Positions 61,504 through 64,000 of a DNA stretch of 64,000 nucleotides are shown here, in pieces. Below the pieces are notes generated by a model. The model was not told the DNA's origin, ran no database searches, and was given only the letters and a program-made list of their open reading frames with translations. This DNA is from an uncultured Chloroflexia bacterium (GTDB lineage: Bacteria > Chloroflexota > Limnocylindria > Limnocylindrales > CSP1-4), in contig CAVUKR010000010.1 of the NCBI GenBank assembly GCA_963742075.1, positions 24,572 through 88,571 on the forward strand, read 5' to 3'. The translations under genes were made by a program, and so were the position numbers. The first letter of the stretch is position 1, and every line of letters starts with the position of its first letter.

Positions 61504-62457
61504 GTGGCGCACGCGTCATTGGGACCGGGGCTCGACGGCATCCTGGTCGTCGCCAAGCCGGCCGGGCCGACCTCCCACGACATCGTCGCGCTCGTGCGCC
61601 GGCTGGCGGCCACGAAACGGGTCGGACACGGGGGCACCCTCGACCCCTTCGCATCCGGCGTGCTGCCGGTCTTCCTCGGGCATGCGACGCGGATCGTGGA
61701 GTACCACCTGGGGGACCGCAAGGCGTACCGCGCGACCGTCTGCTTCGGGGCATCCTCGACCACGGACGACCTCGAGGGCGAGCTGACGCCGGCCACCGGG
61801 CCCGCCCCGACCCGCCCGGCGGTCGAGGCCGCCCTCGCGGGCATGACCGGTCCGATCTCGCAGCGTCCGCCGGCCTACAGCGCGATCAAGGTCGCCGGCC
61901 GTCGCGCGTACGCGATGGCTCGCGCAGGCGAGACGGTCGAGCTCGCGGAGCGTGCGGTGACGATCCACGCGCTCGACCTCGTGACGTGGGACGAGGCGGA
62001 CCCCGAGCGTCCGATCGCGGTGGTCGACGTCGCCTGCTCGGCCGGGACCTACGTCCGGGCGCTGGCTCGCGACATCGGCGAGCGACTCGGTAGCGCCGCC
62101 TACCTCGGCGCCCTGACGAGGACGGCGTCGGGGCCGTTCGCGCTCGACGACGCGCAGCCGCTCGATGCGATCCGATCGGCCGCCGCCGACGGCCCGGCCG
62201 GGCTCGTGCCGCTCCTCCGATCGCTCGATGCCGGGCTCGATGCCTTTCCGATCGTGTCGCTGACCGCCGAGGAGGTCGTCGCGGTCGCGCGCGGCCAGTT
62301 CGTCCGCCCAGCGAGCGGTCTGCCCGGACCAGCCGATCACTACCGGCTCCAGGACGAGGCCGGGTCGCTCGTGGCGATCGCGTCGGGCACGGGTGGCCGC
62401 CTCGCACCCGACAAGGTCTTCGTCGCTCCGACCGCGATCCAGGCCCCGGTCGCCTGA
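61504..62457 (+). CDS. truB: tRNA pseudouridine(55) synthase
   Basis: KPAGPTSHD, GHGGTLDPFASGVL, PPAYSAIKVAG, CSAGTYVRAL. Confidence 0.96.
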   Translation: MAHASLGPGLDGILVVAKPAGPTSHDIVALVRRLAATKRVGHGGTLDPFASGVLPVFLGHATRIVEYHLGDRKAYRATVCFGASSTTDDLEGELTPATGPAPTRPAVEAALAGMTGPISQRPPAYSAIKVAGRRAYAMARAGETVELAERAVTIHALDLVTWDEADPERPIAVVDVACSAGTYVRALARDIGERLGSAAYLGALTRTASGPFALDDAQPLDAIRSAAADGPAGLVPLLRSLDAGLDAFPIVSLTAEEVVAVARGQFVRPASGLPGPADHYRLQDEAGSLVAIASGTGGRLAPDKVFVAPTAIQAPVA

Positions 62458-62464
62458 CGCCGTG

Positions 62465-63223
62465 ATGCACGTCGTCGAGGGGATCGATGGGCTCAGACCT
62501 GACCTCGGACCCGTTTTCGTCGTGGTCGGCGTCTTCGATGGCCTCCATCTCGGCCATGCCTACCTGCTCCGCCACCTCGTCTCGGAGTCCGCGGCGCGGG
62601 GCGCTCGTCCGACCGTCATCACCTTCGACCATCATCCCGACGAGGTCCTCGTCGGGGTCGCACCGCCACTCCTCCTCGACCCGGCCGAACGGCTCGAACG
62701 GCTCGAGGCGGCCGGCGTCGAGATCACCGTGGTCCAGCACTTCGACGCGGCCCTGCGGCAGACGCCCTACGACGTCTTCGTCGAACGGATCCGCGCACGG
62801 GTCGGGCTCACCGGCTTCCTGATGACCCCGGATGCGGCGTTCGGCTTCGAGCGGCGAGGGACGCCGGCCGCGCTGGCCACGCTCGGCGACCGCGACGGGT
62901 TCGAGGTCGTGGTCGTGCCGACGTTCACGGTGGATGGACGGGACGTGCGCAGCTCGGCGATCCGTGCCGCCATCACCGCGGGCGACCTGGCAGCCGCGAG
63001 CGCGCTCCTCGGTCGACCCGTGACGATCTCCGGCGCAGTCGGGGACCGCGGGAACGGCGGCGCGCGCCTCGAATTCGCGCTGCCGGTCGCACTGCCGCCC
63101 GACGGCGACTACGCGGCGCGGGGGGTCGACGGCGGGGCGCTCACGCTGCGTCTCGTCGACGGGGACGCCTACCTCGTCGGTCGCGTCTCGAACGGCCGGG
63201 TGACGGTCGCGCTCCCGGCCTGA
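62465..63223 (+). CDS. ribF: RibF-like FAD synthetase with degenerate riboflavin-kinase domain
   Basis: GVFDGLHLGH, TFDHHP, FGFERRG, SSAIR, LLGRP; located after truB. Confidence 0.85.
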   Translation: MHVVEGIDGLRPDLGPVFVVVGVFDGLHLGHAYLLRHLVSESAARGARPTVITFDHHPDEVLVGVAPPLLLDPAERLERLEAAGVEITVVQHFDAALRQTPYDVFVERIRARVGLTGFLMTPDAAFGFERRGTPAALATLGDRDGFEVVVVPTFTVDGRDVRSSAIRAAITAGDLAAASALLGRPVTISGAVGDRGNGGARLEFALPVALPPDGDYAARGVDGGALTLRLVDGDAYLVGRVSNGRVTVALPA

Positions 63224-63234
63224 GGGAGATCGCG

Positions 63235-63504
63235 TCAGCCGCCCCCGAGGATCTCCGGTGCGGCGTCGGGGTTCTTCGCGCCCGACCCCGGCGGATCCTC
63301 GATCCGGTCGGAGGCCTCCCAGGCGGGTTCCCCGGTCTCGTGATGTCGCTCGCGCCCTGCCTCGCGACGGTCGTGGCGCGAGGCAGGTTCGTCCTCGTGC
63401 GTGTGGCTGTGTCCATGTTCATGGTCATGGTCACCGTCGTTGACGGGTGGGTGCGGGGACGATCCTCCGGAGAAGACGCCCTTGATCCTCGACAGCAGCG
63501 ACAT
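63235..63504 (-). CDS. Small His-rich hypothetical protein (89 aa)
   Basis: ATG overlaps the upstream TGA (TGATG); HDHEHGHSHTHE tract. Confidence 0.65.
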   Translation of the reverse strand: MSLLSRIKGVFSGGSSPHPPVNDGDHDHEHGHSHTHEDEPASRHDRREAGRERHHETGEPAWEASDRIEDPPGSGAKNPDAAPEILGGG

Positions 63505-64000
63505 CAGGCTCGGGGCTCCCATAGCGGTTCGGCGACGCCACGTTCGTGGTTCTCGTAGCGCGCCATGACGAACAGCGCATCCGAGAGCCGGTTGAGGTAG
63601 GGGAGGACGGTCGGGCCGATGGTCTCGTCGCGGGCGAGCGTCGTGGCCGCCCGCTCGGCGCGCCGACAGACGGTTCGAGCGACATGGAGCTGCGCGGCAC
63701 CCGGCGATCCGCCCGGCAGCAGGAAGTTCGTCAGCGGCCCGACGATCGCGTTGAACTCGTCGATCAGGGTCTCGAGCTGCTCGATGTGGCGCGGCTCGAC
63801 CGTCGGAACCGGGTGGCGGGCCTGGCTCGTCGCGGGTGTCGCCAGGTCCGAGCCGAGGTCGAACAGCTGGTTCTGGATCGGCGGCAGCTCGGCGGCCAGC
63901 CGCGCGCAGAGGCCGAGCGCCAGGGCGGCCCCGATCTGTGAGTTCAGCTCGTCGACCGTGCCGTACGTTTCCACCCGCTGGGAATCCTTCGGGACGCGCT
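63504..64000 (-). CDS. pduO: Cob(I)alamin adenosyltransferase, PduO type (5' end outside window)
   Basis: [59 protein letters not shown]. Confidence 0.93.
   Translation of the reverse strand, partial: RVPKDSQRVETYGTVDELNSQIGAALALGLCARLAAELPPIQNQLFDLGSDLATPATSQARHPVPTVEPRHIEQLETLIDEFNAIVGPLTNFLLPGGSPGAAQLHVARTVCRRAERAATTLARDETIGPTVLPYLNRLSDALFVMARYENHERGVAEPLWEPRA

Overview
High-GC (roughly 70% by eye) bacterial chromosome segment made almost entirely of core housekeeping genes. It has no CRISPR array, prophage, transposase or defence island. Gene order follows the ancient Firmicute-like block: rpsF-ssb-rpsR; ileS-lspA-rluD-gmk-priA-def-fmt-rlmN-rpe-dtd; rpmB / asp23-fakA-recG-rsmD-coaD-yceD-rpmF-plsX-nusB-acpP-rnc-smc-ftsY-ffh-rpsP-khpA-rimM-trmD-rplS-rnhB-yraN-rpsB-tsf-pyrH-frr-uppS-cdsA-dxr-rseP-ispG-nusA-ylxR-infB-rbfA-nrnA-truB-ribF. 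No outer-membrane genes follow rseP, EF-Ts is the short form, and IleRS is type 2. This suggests a monoderm, most likely Chloroflexota (possibly Limnocylindria/Ellin6529); the taxonomy is inference only. Frameshifts in ffh, cdsA, priA and a TSUP gene, a lost modB stop and two odd tRNA positions indicate residual sequencing or assembly errors, so single-base observations need caution. I found no unambiguous new multi-gene system. The best leads are altered core enzymes and unusual expression signals: (1) Rpe fused to a DUF2007/PII-like domain; (2) RNase HII with the GRG ribonucleotide-sensing motif replaced by GVA; (3) IleRS2 with the swapped GXHH motif; (4) RibF with a degenerate kinase domain; (5) a His-rich protein translationally coupled to a cobalamin adenosyltransferase; (6) pervasive leaderless genes, two overlapping bidirectional -10 promoters and three genes apparently using non-canonical start codons.
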